Assembly (NCBI GenBank): GCA_964518395.1 | Contig: CAZFGA010000008.1 | Span: 40,699 to 104,698 of the forward strand | Source of the DNA: an uncultured Flavobacterium sp. | Lineage (GTDB): Bacteria; Bacteroidota; Bacteroidia; Flavobacteriales; Flavobacteriaceae | Length of the DNA: 64,000 nucleotides | Direction: 5' to 3' | Shown here: positions 1 through 8,550 of the stretch, piece after piece | Numbering within the stretch: position 1 is the first letter of the stretch | Layout: every line of letters begins with the position of its first letter | Translations under genes and position numbers: made by a program | Notes under the pieces: generated by a model | What the model was told of the DNA's origin: nothing | The model's database searches: none | Seen by the model: only the letters and a program-made list of their open reading frames with translations

Positions 1-918
1 TTCTGAAAGTTTTTTGGCGAGGATGGCGTCTTGTTCATCATTTCCGGTTCGTTTGAAAGTTCCGGCAATAGGATGGATTTCTGCTTTGTTGTTTTTGACA
101 ATCAGCTGTGCTTCCGGCGAAGAACCAAAGATTTTGAAATTGCCATAATCAAAAAAGAATAGGTAGGGAGAAGGGTTGATGTTTCGCAAGGCTCTATACA
201 CATTGAACTCGTCGCCCTTAAAGCCTTGTGTGAAACGTCTTGACAGTACAAGTTGGAAAACATCGCCGCGATGGCAGTGTTTTTTTGCCAGATTTACGTT
301 TTCCTTAAATTCAATATCTGTCAGGTTAGAAGATGATGCGCCTTGTTTTGAGAAAGTATAGGAAGCGAAATTTTTAGATAATAGCAACTGCTCAATTTCT
401 GCTATATTGTCTTTGCTGTCAATGCTGTGGCAAAAGATGTAGGCTTCATTTTTGAAATGGTTGATGGCAATTATATTTTGATAAACAGCGTAATAGAGAT
501 CAGGGATTTTTTTGCTGTTTTGTTTTTGTGACACGGTCGTCTTTTCAAAATAGCGCACGGCATCATAGGAAATATATCCAAACAGGCCATTATTTATGAA
601 TTTGAAATTGCTTTTTTCTTCTTTGAACTGAGAAGCAAATTTTTGGATAGCCTGAATGACATCCGCTTCATTTTGAATTTCGATTTCTTGTGAGTTTCCG
701 TCAGGGTAAGCGGTGGTGATAATCTTGTTTTCTACTTTGATTGATGCGATAGGATTGCAGCAGATGTAAGAAAAGCTATTATCACTTGCATGATAATCAC
801 TACTCTCCAACAGAAGGCTGTTTGGGAATTTGTCTCTTATTTTCAGATAGATGCTCACTGGCGTTATAGTATCTGCCAATATTTGCTTGTGTTTTGAATG
901 TAAATTATATACTTTCAT
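1..918 (-). CDS. trpE: Anthranilate synthase component I, N-terminal 306 codons; the 3' end lies beyond the left window edge
   Basis: The minus-strand frame is open from nt 1 to the ATG at 916-918. It is absent from the ORF track because it has no stop inside the window. My translation: MKVYNLHSKHKQILADTITPVSIYLKIR...LLLESSDYH...DVFQLVLSRRF...NPSPYLFFFDYGNFKIFGSSPE...IHPIAGTFKRTG. These are the conserved TrpE/chorismate-binding blocks. Confidence 0.85.
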   Translation of the reverse strand, partial: MKVYNLHSKHKQILADTITPVSIYLKIRDKFPNSLLLESSDYHASDNSFSYICCNPIASIKVENKIITTAYPDGNSQEIEIQNEADVIQAIQKFASQFKEEKSNFKFINNGLFGYISYDAVRYFEKTTVSQKQNSKKIPDLYYAVYQNIIAINHFKNEAYIFCHSIDSKDNIAEIEQLLLSKNFASYTFSKQGASSSNLTDIEFKENVNLAKKHCHRGDVFQLVLSRRFTQGFKGDEFNVYRALRNINPSPYLFFFDYGNFKIFGSSPEAQLIVKNNKAEIHPIAGTFKRTGNDEQDAILAKKLSE

Positions 919-934
919 ATGTTCAGTTTTGGGA

Positions 935-966
935 ATAAAAAAAGGCTTGTCGTGATGACAAGCCTT
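935..966 (-). terminator. Attenuator-type intrinsic terminator between the leader ORF and trpE
   Basis: Perfect 10-bp stem AAGGCTTGTC/GACAAGCCTT (942-951 and 957-966) with a 5-nt loop. On the minus strand it is followed by a run of 7 U, 18 nt before the trpE ATG. Confidence 0.6.
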
Positions 967-1006
967 ATATATTTGGATTTTTAAAAATACAGATAGCAGG
1001 ATTCGC

Positions 1007-1063
1007 TCACGAAGTTCGACGTAAGTAATTCCACCACCAAGTATTGTTTAAAATGCAGTTCAT
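1007..1063 (-). CDS. Candidate trp leader peptide, 18 aa MNCILNNTWWWNYLRRTS
   Basis: ATG at 1061-1063 and TGA at 1007-1009. Three consecutive TGG codons at 1031-1039. It lies between a -7 box and the terminator hairpin upstream of trpE. Confidence 0.55.
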   Translation of the reverse strand: MNCILNNTWWWNYLRRTS

Positions 1064-1080
1064 ATAGCTGATTAATGAGG

Positions 1081-1088
1081 CAAATGTA
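1081..1088 (-). promoter_or_regulatory. Candidate Bacteroidota -7 box (TAnnTTTG): TACATTTG
   Basis: Reads TACATTTG on the minus strand, 17 nt upstream of the leader-peptide ATG. Confidence 0.45.
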
Positions 1089-1130
1089 TAAATGTTTTTT
1101 TAATACAGCCTAATTTTAATATAAATTTAA

Positions 1131-1159
1131 AAAACTGTTCTCGGGAAGAAAACAGTTTT
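1131..1159 (-). terminator. Intrinsic terminator of the lipoprotein gene 1166-1681
   Basis: 9-bp arms AAAACTGTT/AACAGTTTT with an 11-nt loop and a T-rich tail on the minus strand, immediately after the stop at 1166. Confidence 0.55.
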
Positions 1160-1165
1160 TCAAGA

Positions 1166-1681
1166 TTATTGTTTGGTAAATACTGTTGTAACGCTACCAA
1201 CTCTGTTGTAGGCAACACCATCAGCATTTCTGTCTGGGTAGGTTGTCAGGGTTGTCGTCTGGGTCAACGTTCTTCCGTTGTTTGATCTCGCAAAATTCAG
1301 GGTTATATCAGTACCATTTTCTTGCTCATAAGTAGCGGTTATCACATTATTCGTTGCAGTCCATGTACCTGTTACCGTATTTTCTGCACAAACAGCAACG
1401 CCAGTATTGGTGTCAATCAGAATATAATCCATTTCATAGGTGAACGTATTGTCTGAATTGAAATCAATTTTTCGATCATTATAGCAACTACTTTCGTTCA
1501 TCTGGTTTGTAGATGCTGTTCCGTTTTCATCAAAATCTGTTGGTGCTGATGTGTTGAACTCCGTCAGGTCATACACTCCCTCAATAGTTCCCATGTTGTT
1601 GTTTGATGAATCGTCATCACTTGAACAAGCTCCAAAGCCTATAGCTAAAATTGCAAAGACTAAAATTTTTCCTTTTTTCAT
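1166..1681 (-). CDS. Putative lipoprotein, function unknown
   Basis: Signal peptide with lipobox MKKGKILVFAILAIGFGAC-SSDD. The mature part is Thr/Asn-rich. No family recognised with certainty. Confidence 0.7.
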   Translation of the reverse strand: MKKGKILVFAILAIGFGACSSDDDSSNNNMGTIEGVYDLTEFNTSAPTDFDENGTASTNQMNESSCYNDRKIDFNSDNTFTYEMDYILIDTNTGVAVCAENTVTGTWTATNNVITATYEQENGTDITLNFARSNNGRTLTQTTTLTTYPDRNADGVAYNRVGSVTTVFTKQ

Positions 1682-1956
1682 AACACTGTTTTTTTAGGTT
1701 AGTTTTATACTAGTTTTCACAAATTTCAAAAGTAAAGGCTGTTAATTCTTTATACTATTTTCAGTCTTAGTTATATAATTTTTTATAAATGTTAAAAAAA
1801 GTTAATTTTTTAAGATATAATTATGAATAATTCAAAAACAAATAAAGATTTGATCCTGTAGAAAGTATCAGACGTTAAAACTTGGTTAATGCTACTTCAA
1901 ATAAAATGAATCTAAATTTTTAGCCCTATATTTAATAGTAATTAAATTGTTGAAAA

Positions 1957-2631
1957 ATGAAAGTACAAGAAACAATTTCCCGATTATCTGACCTGGAGGT
2001 TAATGTTGGGAGTACGGAAAGATTACTTTCTGTTTTATCAGGTTCGGTACTGCTTTATGATGCCTTAGCCAAAAAACCGAAAAACCTGCCCGGCGCATTG
2101 TTAGCCGGATTTATGATTTTTAGAGGAACGAGCGGACATTGTTTTGGATATTCTTTACTAAAAGACAAACCAAAAGTCGAGAAATCCAAAACCATCCTGA
2201 TTAAGGTTCAGATGATAATTGACCGGCCGGTTTCATCTGTATATAGTTTTTGGCGCAATTTTGAAAACCTGCCTTTGTTTATGGAACATCTGGAAAGTGT
2301 GAATGTTCTTGATGAAGAAACTTCAGAATGGAGAATGAAAATTCCTGGAAATCTTGGAACGATTCCTTGGAAGGCAGCTATTATTAAAGATGAAAAAGAT
2401 AAAGAAATTCGTTGGCGTTCCTATTCAGATTCTTTAATTCATACTATAGGAACGGTGCAATTTTACGATAACGGTAAGGGCGGAACAAAATTATCTGTTA
2501 TAATTGCTTATCAGCTTCCTTTTGGTAACATAGGAGAAACAATTGGAAAAGTACTGGCTCCTATTTTAGAGAATACTGTTGAAGAGGATATTAGAAGATG
2601 TAAGTTGCATTTTGAAAGTGGATTGACATAG
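1957..2631 (+). CDS. SRPBCC (cyclase/dehydrase-like) protein with an N-terminal DUF2892-like membrane hairpin
   Basis: Hydrophobic N-terminal block LSVLSGSVLLYDAL...LLAGFMIFRGTSGHC, then a START/SRPBCC-like block VYSFWRNFENLPLFMEHLESV. Confidence 0.6.
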   Translation: MKVQETISRLSDLEVNVGSTERLLSVLSGSVLLYDALAKKPKNLPGALLAGFMIFRGTSGHCFGYSLLKDKPKVEKSKTILIKVQMIIDRPVSSVYSFWRNFENLPLFMEHLESVNVLDEETSEWRMKIPGNLGTIPWKAAIIKDEKDKEIRWRSYSDSLIHTIGTVQFYDNGKGGTKLSVIIAYQLPFGNIGETIGKVLAPILENTVEEDIRRCKLHFESGLT

Positions 2632-2638
2632 ACATAAA

Positions 2639-2664
2639 AAATCCCCATGGTTAGATGGGGATTT
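2639..2664 (+). terminator. Hairpin terminator after the SRPBCC gene
   Basis: 10-bp arms AAATCCCCAT/ATGGGGATTT with a 6-nt loop, 8 nt after the stop. The T tail is short. Confidence 0.5.
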
Positions 2665-2931
2665 CAAACAAATAATAAACCTCAAAAATAAATACAAACT
2701 CAAGAGTTCTTGAAATTGAAATTTTAATTGTGATTTTTATTATCGGCTTATTACAATAGATTTTTCAATTTTATATTATCAAAGTTACGGTAGCAGATTC
2801 CAAATCGATTATATAATTACACTTAATTTTTATATTATTTGAGAAACAGAAAGCTTATAATTTTTCGTGGAAATTCTATAAAAGCGAATCCGATTTAAAT
2901 TGCCAACTTTAGTGCAAATCTATCTATAGGT

Positions 2932-3375
2932 ATGGAACTTGTGAAAATTTGCTTAGCTGCTTTTGCTGCAACCTATGTCATGACGGTTTTCAGCCGTTAT
3001 GTATCGGAAAGGTTTCAGCATATTTTTAAAGAACCGGTAATATTGGGTTTGGTTTTATCAAAATTAGCCCATAACAAATCTCCAAATCATATATATACTT
3101 GGGAGCAGGCTGTGCGTTATCTCGCCGGATTGTTTGTAGTATTATGCTATCACTATATATGGACGCATACCGATATTGATCCGACCTGGTTCTGCGGTCT
3201 TATTTTTGGTATTTTAACCGGATTAACTGCTGTTTTTTACTGGTTTTTTCTCTTCCGTTTTTCTACTGTATCAAAAGCCCGTTTTAAGGATTATTATCTT
3301 CCGCTAGTTGCCGCTTATGTTTTATTTGCGCTCACTGTAATTGTAGTATACCGCCTTTTTGCTCTTTTTGAATAA
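2932..3375 (+). CDS. Integral membrane protein, unknown function
   Basis: 147 aa with about four hydrophobic helices. No motif recognised. Confidence 0.55.
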   Translation: MELVKICLAAFAATYVMTVFSRYVSERFQHIFKEPVILGLVLSKLAHNKSPNHIYTWEQAVRYLAGLFVVLCYHYIWTHTDIDPTWFCGLIFGILTGLTAVFYWFFLFRFSTVSKARFKDYYLPLVAAYVLFALTVIVVYRLFALFE

Positions 3376-3471
3376 AAAGCCTATTTCTGTAACATTCTAT
3401 TTTCCACATAAAATAATAAACTTAGCATCTCAGCAACTTATAAGCTTAGTCAGAACCTTATCACCTCTTTT

Positions 3472-3500
3472 AACAACAAAAAAACACGGCCGAAGCCGTG
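3472..3500 (-). terminator. Intrinsic terminator closing the VOC/DinB gene block
   Basis: CACGGC-TTCG-GCCGTG tetraloop hairpin, followed on the minus strand by TTTTTTTGTTGTT. It starts 4 nt after the stop at 3504. Confidence 0.75.
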
Positions 3501-3503
3501 TAG

Positions 3504-3908
3504 TTATTGTGGCATTGCGCTTAGATCCATGTAAGCGACTTCCCAAAGATGTCCATCTAGATCCTGAAATCCGTGTCCATACATCCAGCCATGATCTTGC
3601 TTGTCTACTGGTGTAGTAGCACCGGCAGCGACAGCTTTCTTTACCATTTCATCAACGGCATTACGGCTTTCTGCAGAAAGGCAAACGATACATTCTGTGT
3701 ATTTGCGAGTGTCACAAAGCTCATTTTTGGTAAAGTTCAGGAATAAGGGTTCCACTACCAGCATCACAAAAATAGTATCGCTTATAATCATACAGGTTGC
3801 ATTTTCGTATGTAAATTGCGGATTAAAGGTATAGCCCAGTTTCGTAAAAAATTCAATGGAACGATTAAGATTTTTTACGGGAAGATTTACAAAAATTTGT
3901 GTTGCCAT
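3504..3908 (-). CDS. VOC (glyoxalase/bleomycin-resistance fold) family protein
   Basis: Begins MATQIFVNLPVKNLNRSIEFFTKLGYTF and ends with DLDGHLWEV. These are typical paired beta-alpha-beta-beta-beta module signatures. Confidence 0.75.
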   Translation of the reverse strand: MATQIFVNLPVKNLNRSIEFFTKLGYTFNPQFTYENATCMIISDTIFVMLVVEPLFLNFTKNELCDTRKYTECIVCLSAESRNAVDEMVKKAVAAGATTPVDKQDHGWMYGHGFQDLDGHLWEVAYMDLSAMPQ

Positions 3909-3920
3909 AGTCTTGATTTA

Positions 3921-4340
3921 TTATTTTTCGTATTCATAATTAAGCATCCATTGGATACCAAATTTGTCTGTAAACATACCATATAAGGCACCCCAGAACA
4001 TATTGTCCAACGGCATCTGGATTTTGCCACCTTCAGAAAGTTTTGCAAAAAGATCTCTGGTTTGCTGTTCTGAATCGGTATTAACGGATATTGACATACT
4101 GGTTCCGTTTTTAACCTGTTCCATAGTTTCCGGAACATCGGTTCCCATTAGCATATTGCCACCAATAGGCAATGCGATATGCATGATTTTGTTTTTGTCG
4201 GTTGCAGGCATTTCTTCGCACCCGGGAGTGTCTCCAAAACGCATTACGACTGCAAAATCGCCGCCAAAGGCAGCTTTGTAAAAATTAAAAACTTCTTCTG
4301 TGTTACCATTAAAATTAAGGTAAGTGTTGATTGTTGCCAT
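3921..4340 (-). CDS. VOC family protein, PhnB-like
   Basis: TYLNFNGNTEEVFNFYKAAFGG ... DKFGIQWML, the pattern of PhnB/YjdN-type glyoxalase-fold proteins. Confidence 0.75.
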   Translation of the reverse strand: MATINTYLNFNGNTEEVFNFYKAAFGGDFAVVMRFGDTPGCEEMPATDKNKIMHIALPIGGNMLMGTDVPETMEQVKNGTSMSISVNTDSEQQTRDLFAKLSEGGKIQMPLDNMFWGALYGMFTDKFGIQWMLNYEYEK

Positions 4341-4379
4341 TTTGATTTAATTTGATTGTTCGTATTTAATTGATTTATG

Positions 4380-4763
4380 TTATTCTTCTTGAAGCACAGA
4401 AAGGATATTTCCTGCCGGATCTTTGAACCAGGCAATAAGCGGTCCGCCTTCTCTACAAATTCCTTTTTTGTCGGTTTTTATATTTCCGCCATACTGTTCG
4501 AAAGTTATACCTCGTTTTATAAGATCGTCCACTGTTTGCTCAATGTCCTCGACAGGAAAGTTTAGGATTGTGAAAGTAGCCGGCTCATGGTTTTCTTTTG
4601 TATAGATAATTATCGAATTTCCTCCGACTAGTTTTAAGGTTAGCATTCCTTCCATTTCAGGATCTTCTTCTATGTTTAGGCCTAATAGTTCTCCGTAGAA
4701 TTTTTTAGCTTTTTGGCTATCATCTACAGAAAATCCGCTAAATGCTTTGCTATTACTTAACAT
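4380..4763 (-). CDS. VOC (glyoxalase) family protein
   Basis: [19 protein letters not shown] ... [11 protein letters not shown], the glyoxalase-fold termini. Confidence 0.75.
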   Translation of the reverse strand: MLSNSKAFSGFSVDDSQKAKKFYGELLGLNIEEDPEMEGMLTLKLVGGNSIIIYTKENHEPATFTILNFPVEDIEQTVDDLIKRGITFEQYGGNIKTDKKGICREGGPLIAWFKDPAGNILSVLQEE

Positions 4764-4781
4764 AATTGTGGTGTTTTTGAT

Positions 4782-5285
4782 TTACATATCGTCATATCGT
4801 AAGGCATCATAGCCTAAAAGTCTCCTCCATAAGGCTATCTGTCCGATACAGTTGGCCTCACGGTAAATAATAAAAGTAATCAGCTCATAATAAGTAAGTG
4901 TCATGCCAGGCATCATCTCAAACTTTTCGTCTAGTTTTTGATCCGTTATTTTAGCCAAAAGGTCTTTTAACATCGGGCTGATTTTTTTCCAATCGTCTAA
5001 GAATTCTGATAATGATGGATATTTTATATCGTCTTGAATGCCTTTTCCTTCTTTAAACAATTCGGCTGCTTTTTGTTTTTCAGGATACCCAAGCAGGTTT
5101 GCAATTTCATAACGCTGCTGAACCAAGCTACCAGAAAGCCAAGCTATATGGTTTGCTTTTGTGTCTAATCTTTTGTGGGCATCGTCATCTGAAATTTTTT
5201 CCAAAGCTCTTTCAAAATAGAGCGTCTGCATGTCGTATAAAACAAGCAGGGAAAACATTCTATTGCTTGTGGTTGTGATTTTCAT
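4782..5285 (-). CDS. DinB-fold protein
   Basis: 167 aa, helical. The His-containing blocks (ANHIAWLSG, IYREANCIGQI) resemble the DinB/YfiT four-helix-bundle family. Confidence 0.5.
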   Translation of the reverse strand: MKITTTSNRMFSLLVLYDMQTLYFERALEKISDDDAHKRLDTKANHIAWLSGSLVQQRYEIANLLGYPEKQKAAELFKEGKGIQDDIKYPSLSEFLDDWKKISPMLKDLLAKITDQKLDEKFEMMPGMTLTYYELITFIIYREANCIGQIALWRRLLGYDALRYDDM

Positions 5286-5417
5286 ATCGTTAAATTTTAG
5301 TGTTAAAAATTGAATTAAATATTGTCTTTTATAATGTTTGATAAAATTAATTCAAAAAGCAGTGACGTGTGGAGTGAGTTAAAGTCATTATAAGGGGGGA
5401 TTTAAGACAAAATATTT

Positions 5418-5425
5418 TATATTTG
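5418..5425 (+). promoter_or_regulatory. Candidate -7 box TATATTTG
   Basis: Matches TAnnTTTG, 20 nt upstream of the ATG at 5446. Confidence 0.45.
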
Positions 5426-5445
5426 TTTCTCCTAAAAAACTAGCT

Positions 5446-6408
5446 ATGAAATTAGGTATTTTGCTTACACAAGAACACAGGCTTTTGAGCGTCGCAGCAA
5501 TGCTTGATGTGTTTGAAACCGTTAATAAGTTTTATGTCGAAGATGGGCAGGCTCCTTTTTTTGACATTACGCTTTTGCATATGGATGAGGTGTCACAGAC
5601 CTATTCTGAATACAGTCTGATGCAGCCTGATTCGGAAAGAATTTATGATATTTTACTAATCCCTGCTTTTAAGCATGATATTGTACCAAAAGCAATTTCA
5701 CTCAATATGCAATGGATACAATGGCTACGGCAGCAATATGAAAGAGGAGCTTCCGTTGCGAGTTTTTGCACAGGTGCTTTTCTTTTAGCTTCAACAGGTT
5801 TGCTTGACAACAAGCCGGCAACCACACATATTAATGCAGAATATGCTTTTGCCAATGCATTTCCGGCCGTAAACCTAAAAGTAAATGCAGTCGTTACAGA
5901 AGAAGGAAGAGTATATACAAGCGGTGGTGCTACAAATAGTTTCCATCTGATGTTACGCCTTATTGAAAATTTTTGCAGCAGAAGAATGGCGGTTAGAACC
6001 GCAAAGGTGTTTTCGGTAGATTTGGATAGAAACCAGCAGACCTATTTTGGAACATTCACTCCGGCTGAAGATCATGGTGATGATTTGGTGAAACAGGCAC
6101 AAGATGTCATCAAGAAAAATTTTCGGGAAGCCAATACTATTGAAGAGATTATTACGGATGTTCCTGCCAGTAGAAGAAATCTGGTTAGGCGTTTCAAACA
6201 AGTAACCGGAATTACACCTATAGAATATTTACAGAAAACCAGAATCGAGGCCGCCAAACAAATGTTGGAGCATTCGAGACAGAGCGTCATGGAAGTAATG
6301 TTTGAATCAGGTTATAATGACCTGAAGTCATTTCGAAGCTTATTCAAGAAAAATGTAGGGATGACTCCAACGGCTTACAGGGAAAAATTCAATAATCTTG
6401 TTGCCTGA
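5446..6408 (+). CDS. GlxA-type transcriptional regulator (DJ-1/PfpI domain fused to an AraC HTH)
   Basis: N-terminal amidotransferase-like block SVASFCTGAFLLASTGLL. C-terminal AraC HTH ESGYNDLKSFRSLFKKNVGMTPTAYR. Confidence 0.8.
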   Translation: MKLGILLTQEHRLLSVAAMLDVFETVNKFYVEDGQAPFFDITLLHMDEVSQTYSEYSLMQPDSERIYDILLIPAFKHDIVPKAISLNMQWIQWLRQQYERGASVASFCTGAFLLASTGLLDNKPATTHINAEYAFANAFPAVNLKVNAVVTEEGRVYTSGGATNSFHLMLRLIENFCSRRMAVRTAKVFSVDLDRNQQTYFGTFTPAEDHGDDLVKQAQDVIKKNFREANTIEEIITDVPASRRNLVRRFKQVTGITPIEYLQKTRIEAAKQMLEHSRQSVMEVMFESGYNDLKSFRSLFKKNVGMTPTAYREKFNNLVA

Positions 6409-8409
6409 TTATTCTGCGGGAAGGTAAATTGAAAATATTGAACCAATGCCAGGTATGCCTTGAGCGCGTATGAATCCGTCATGTTTCTGTACTATTTTTT
6501 TACAGATGGCAAGACCAATTCCGGTGCCTTCATAGTCTGATTTACCATGAAGCCTTTTGAATAATTCAAAGATTTGCTGTTCGTATTCTTGCGGAAAGCC
6601 AATTCCATTATCAGCCACATCGAGTTTCCAATATCTTTTTCCTGCAAATTCTTCTGAAGAAACAAGTTCGGCATTTATTTTTATGATTGGAGAGACATCT
6701 GCCTTGCTGTATTTGATGCCATTTGAAATCAGGTTTGTGAGCAGCTGCTGAAACTGTATGGGAATAATGGATAGCATAGGGAGTTTTCCAACTTCAACAC
6801 GTACATTCTTTTTTTCAAGGATATCGGTCATATTATTTTTAATATCATCGATTGCGATATTGAGGTCAGTAGGTACAAAATAAATGTCTGCAGCATCCAT
6901 GCTCGAATAGTTTAGCAAGGATTCGATCAGGTTTTGCATCCGATTGGCAGCATTTGTAATACTCTGAAAATAGGCCCGGGAAGAGTCGCTAAAGTTTTCT
7001 TTTTCTTTAAAAAGGATACGGCTTGCAAAGAGCTGTATTTTACGAAGCGGTTCCTGAAGATCATGAGAGGAAATGTAGGCAAATGAGGCAAGTTCGATGT
7101 TTTGTCTCTCGAGTTCCTTATTTTTCATTTCTAAAAGCTTTTCATTCTGCAAGCGCTCAAATTCCATTCCGCCTCTTTTTGCCGCAATTTTTAGTAAGGA
7201 TTCGATATAGGATATGTCGAGTATTTCGCTTTGATGTAGTACGGCTATGAGTCCAATTACTTTTCCTGAAGAAGCAACAAGCGGATAGGCAACATAACCT
7301 TCAACATCCAGATCGGAAAGCGTCTTGCTTTCGGGAAAAAGCTTTTGACTATCGCGCGGATGGCATACATAATTTCCTTTGATGACTTCATCACAGGGTC
7401 CGTCTTTTATTTGGTATTTGAAATTATCGGCAACTTTTCCAAAGGCTATAACTGAAATACTTTTGATAATTTCTTCTCCTGATTCGTTCAGTTGTACTTC
7501 ACCCAGGAGCACGTAGTCCATTTTTGTTTTTTGGGCTATTTCGAGTAGGAGGGAATTAAAGAAGACTTCTCCGCTGCCATACGAATAAAAGCTATCGGAA
7601 AATTCATGGAGTAATTGCTGCTCGAGTTCTTTGTTTTTGTTTAAGAGTAATGTATTGATGGCTTCGATTTCTAAAGCTGCTATTTTTTCAGAAGTTATGT
7701 TTTTTGATGTTACTGCAACAGCATTGCCTACTTTCTCGATTGTAGCGCTCAGCCACATTGTTTTATCATTATGGCTGACAGCAATTTCATAGCCATCGCG
7801 TAAGCCAGTCTGCATACATTGGACCATCTTTTCAAAAATTCCATTTTCAAAAATTCCGGGATATACTTCCCGACAGGTTTTTCCAATAACATCACTGGGA
7901 TTGAGTCCAAAATTTCTAGGGACTTCAGGATTGGTATAAGTAATCCTAAAATCGTTAATGCTACCAATGTTGTCATAAATGGCCTCATAACTCGCAATTC
8001 CGTAATTTGTCGAGTTCAGTACTGATTGCAGAAAAGATTGCAATTGTTCTCTTTCTTTATAATTGTTAAAAGCCAAAAGCAGAAAAGTTTCACCTTCTGT
8101 ATCTATAGCCTCTATGTTGAATGTAATTGTGTGGTTTTGGGAATTGGAATGAATTTCATAATCAATAACGGTTTCTTTCTTTTGCAAAACATCTATAAGA
8201 AGGAGTTTTAACGAAATTATATCAAAAGATGGGTCTACAATATCAAGAAAATTCAAGTCTTTAACGGGAGCAGATTCAGGTAGACCAAATGTGTATTGGA
8301 AAGAAGCATTTGCACCTATAATAGTAAAAGCTTTGTCTAACAGAACCATAGGTTCGTTGGCCATGGCAATTATCCTTTCAATAGCTGGGAGTATCTTTGA
8401 TATGGACAT
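6409..8409 (-). CDS. PAS-PAS-GAF sensor histidine kinase (no adjacent response regulator)
   Basis: H-box ISSHDLQEPLRKI and ATPase boxes DNGIGF and GTGIGLAICKKIV. The ORF-track start (8448) is a TTG upstream of the -7 box, so I moved the start to the ATG at 8407-8409 (MSISKILP). Confidence 0.8.
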   Translation of the reverse strand: MSISKILPAIERIIAMANEPMVLLDKAFTIIGANASFQYTFGLPESAPVKDLNFLDIVDPSFDIISLKLLLIDVLQKKETVIDYEIHSNSQNHTITFNIEAIDTEGETFLLLAFNNYKEREQLQSFLQSVLNSTNYGIASYEAIYDNIGSINDFRITYTNPEVPRNFGLNPSDVIGKTCREVYPGIFENGIFEKMVQCMQTGLRDGYEIAVSHNDKTMWLSATIEKVGNAVAVTSKNITSEKIAALEIEAINTLLLNKNKELEQQLLHEFSDSFYSYGSGEVFFNSLLLEIAQKTKMDYVLLGEVQLNESGEEIIKSISVIAFGKVADNFKYQIKDGPCDEVIKGNYVCHPRDSQKLFPESKTLSDLDVEGYVAYPLVASSGKVIGLIAVLHQSEILDISYIESLLKIAAKRGGMEFERLQNEKLLEMKNKELERQNIELASFAYISSHDLQEPLRKIQLFASRILFKEKENFSDSSRAYFQSITNAANRMQNLIESLLNYSSMDAADIYFVPTDLNIAIDDIKNNMTDILEKKNVRVEVGKLPMLSIIPIQFQQLLTNLISNGIKYSKADVSPIIKINAELVSSEEFAGKRYWKLDVADNGIGFPQEYEQQIFELFKRLHGKSDYEGTGIGLAICKKIVQKHDGFIRAQGIPGIGSIFSIYLPAE

Positions 8410-8435
8410 GTTGAATGTGGTATTTAGGGTCCTAA

Positions 8436-8443
8436 CAAAGTTA
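8436..8443 (-). promoter_or_regulatory. Candidate -7 box TAACTTTG
   Basis: Minus-strand TAACTTTG, 26 nt upstream of the ATG at 8409. Confidence 0.4.
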
Positions 8444-8519
8444 ATCAAATCTTAAAATATTGCCACTGGAATTGTAAAAATTTTGCTATTCTTTCAGAAT
8501 ATCATGTCAAATATTCCCT

Positions 8520-8527
8520 TAAATTTG
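8520..8527 (+). promoter_or_regulatory. Candidate -7 box TAAATTTG
   Basis: 23 nt upstream of the corA ATG at 8551. Confidence 0.45.
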
Positions 8528-8550
8528 ATAGAAATGAAAAGAATGACCCT

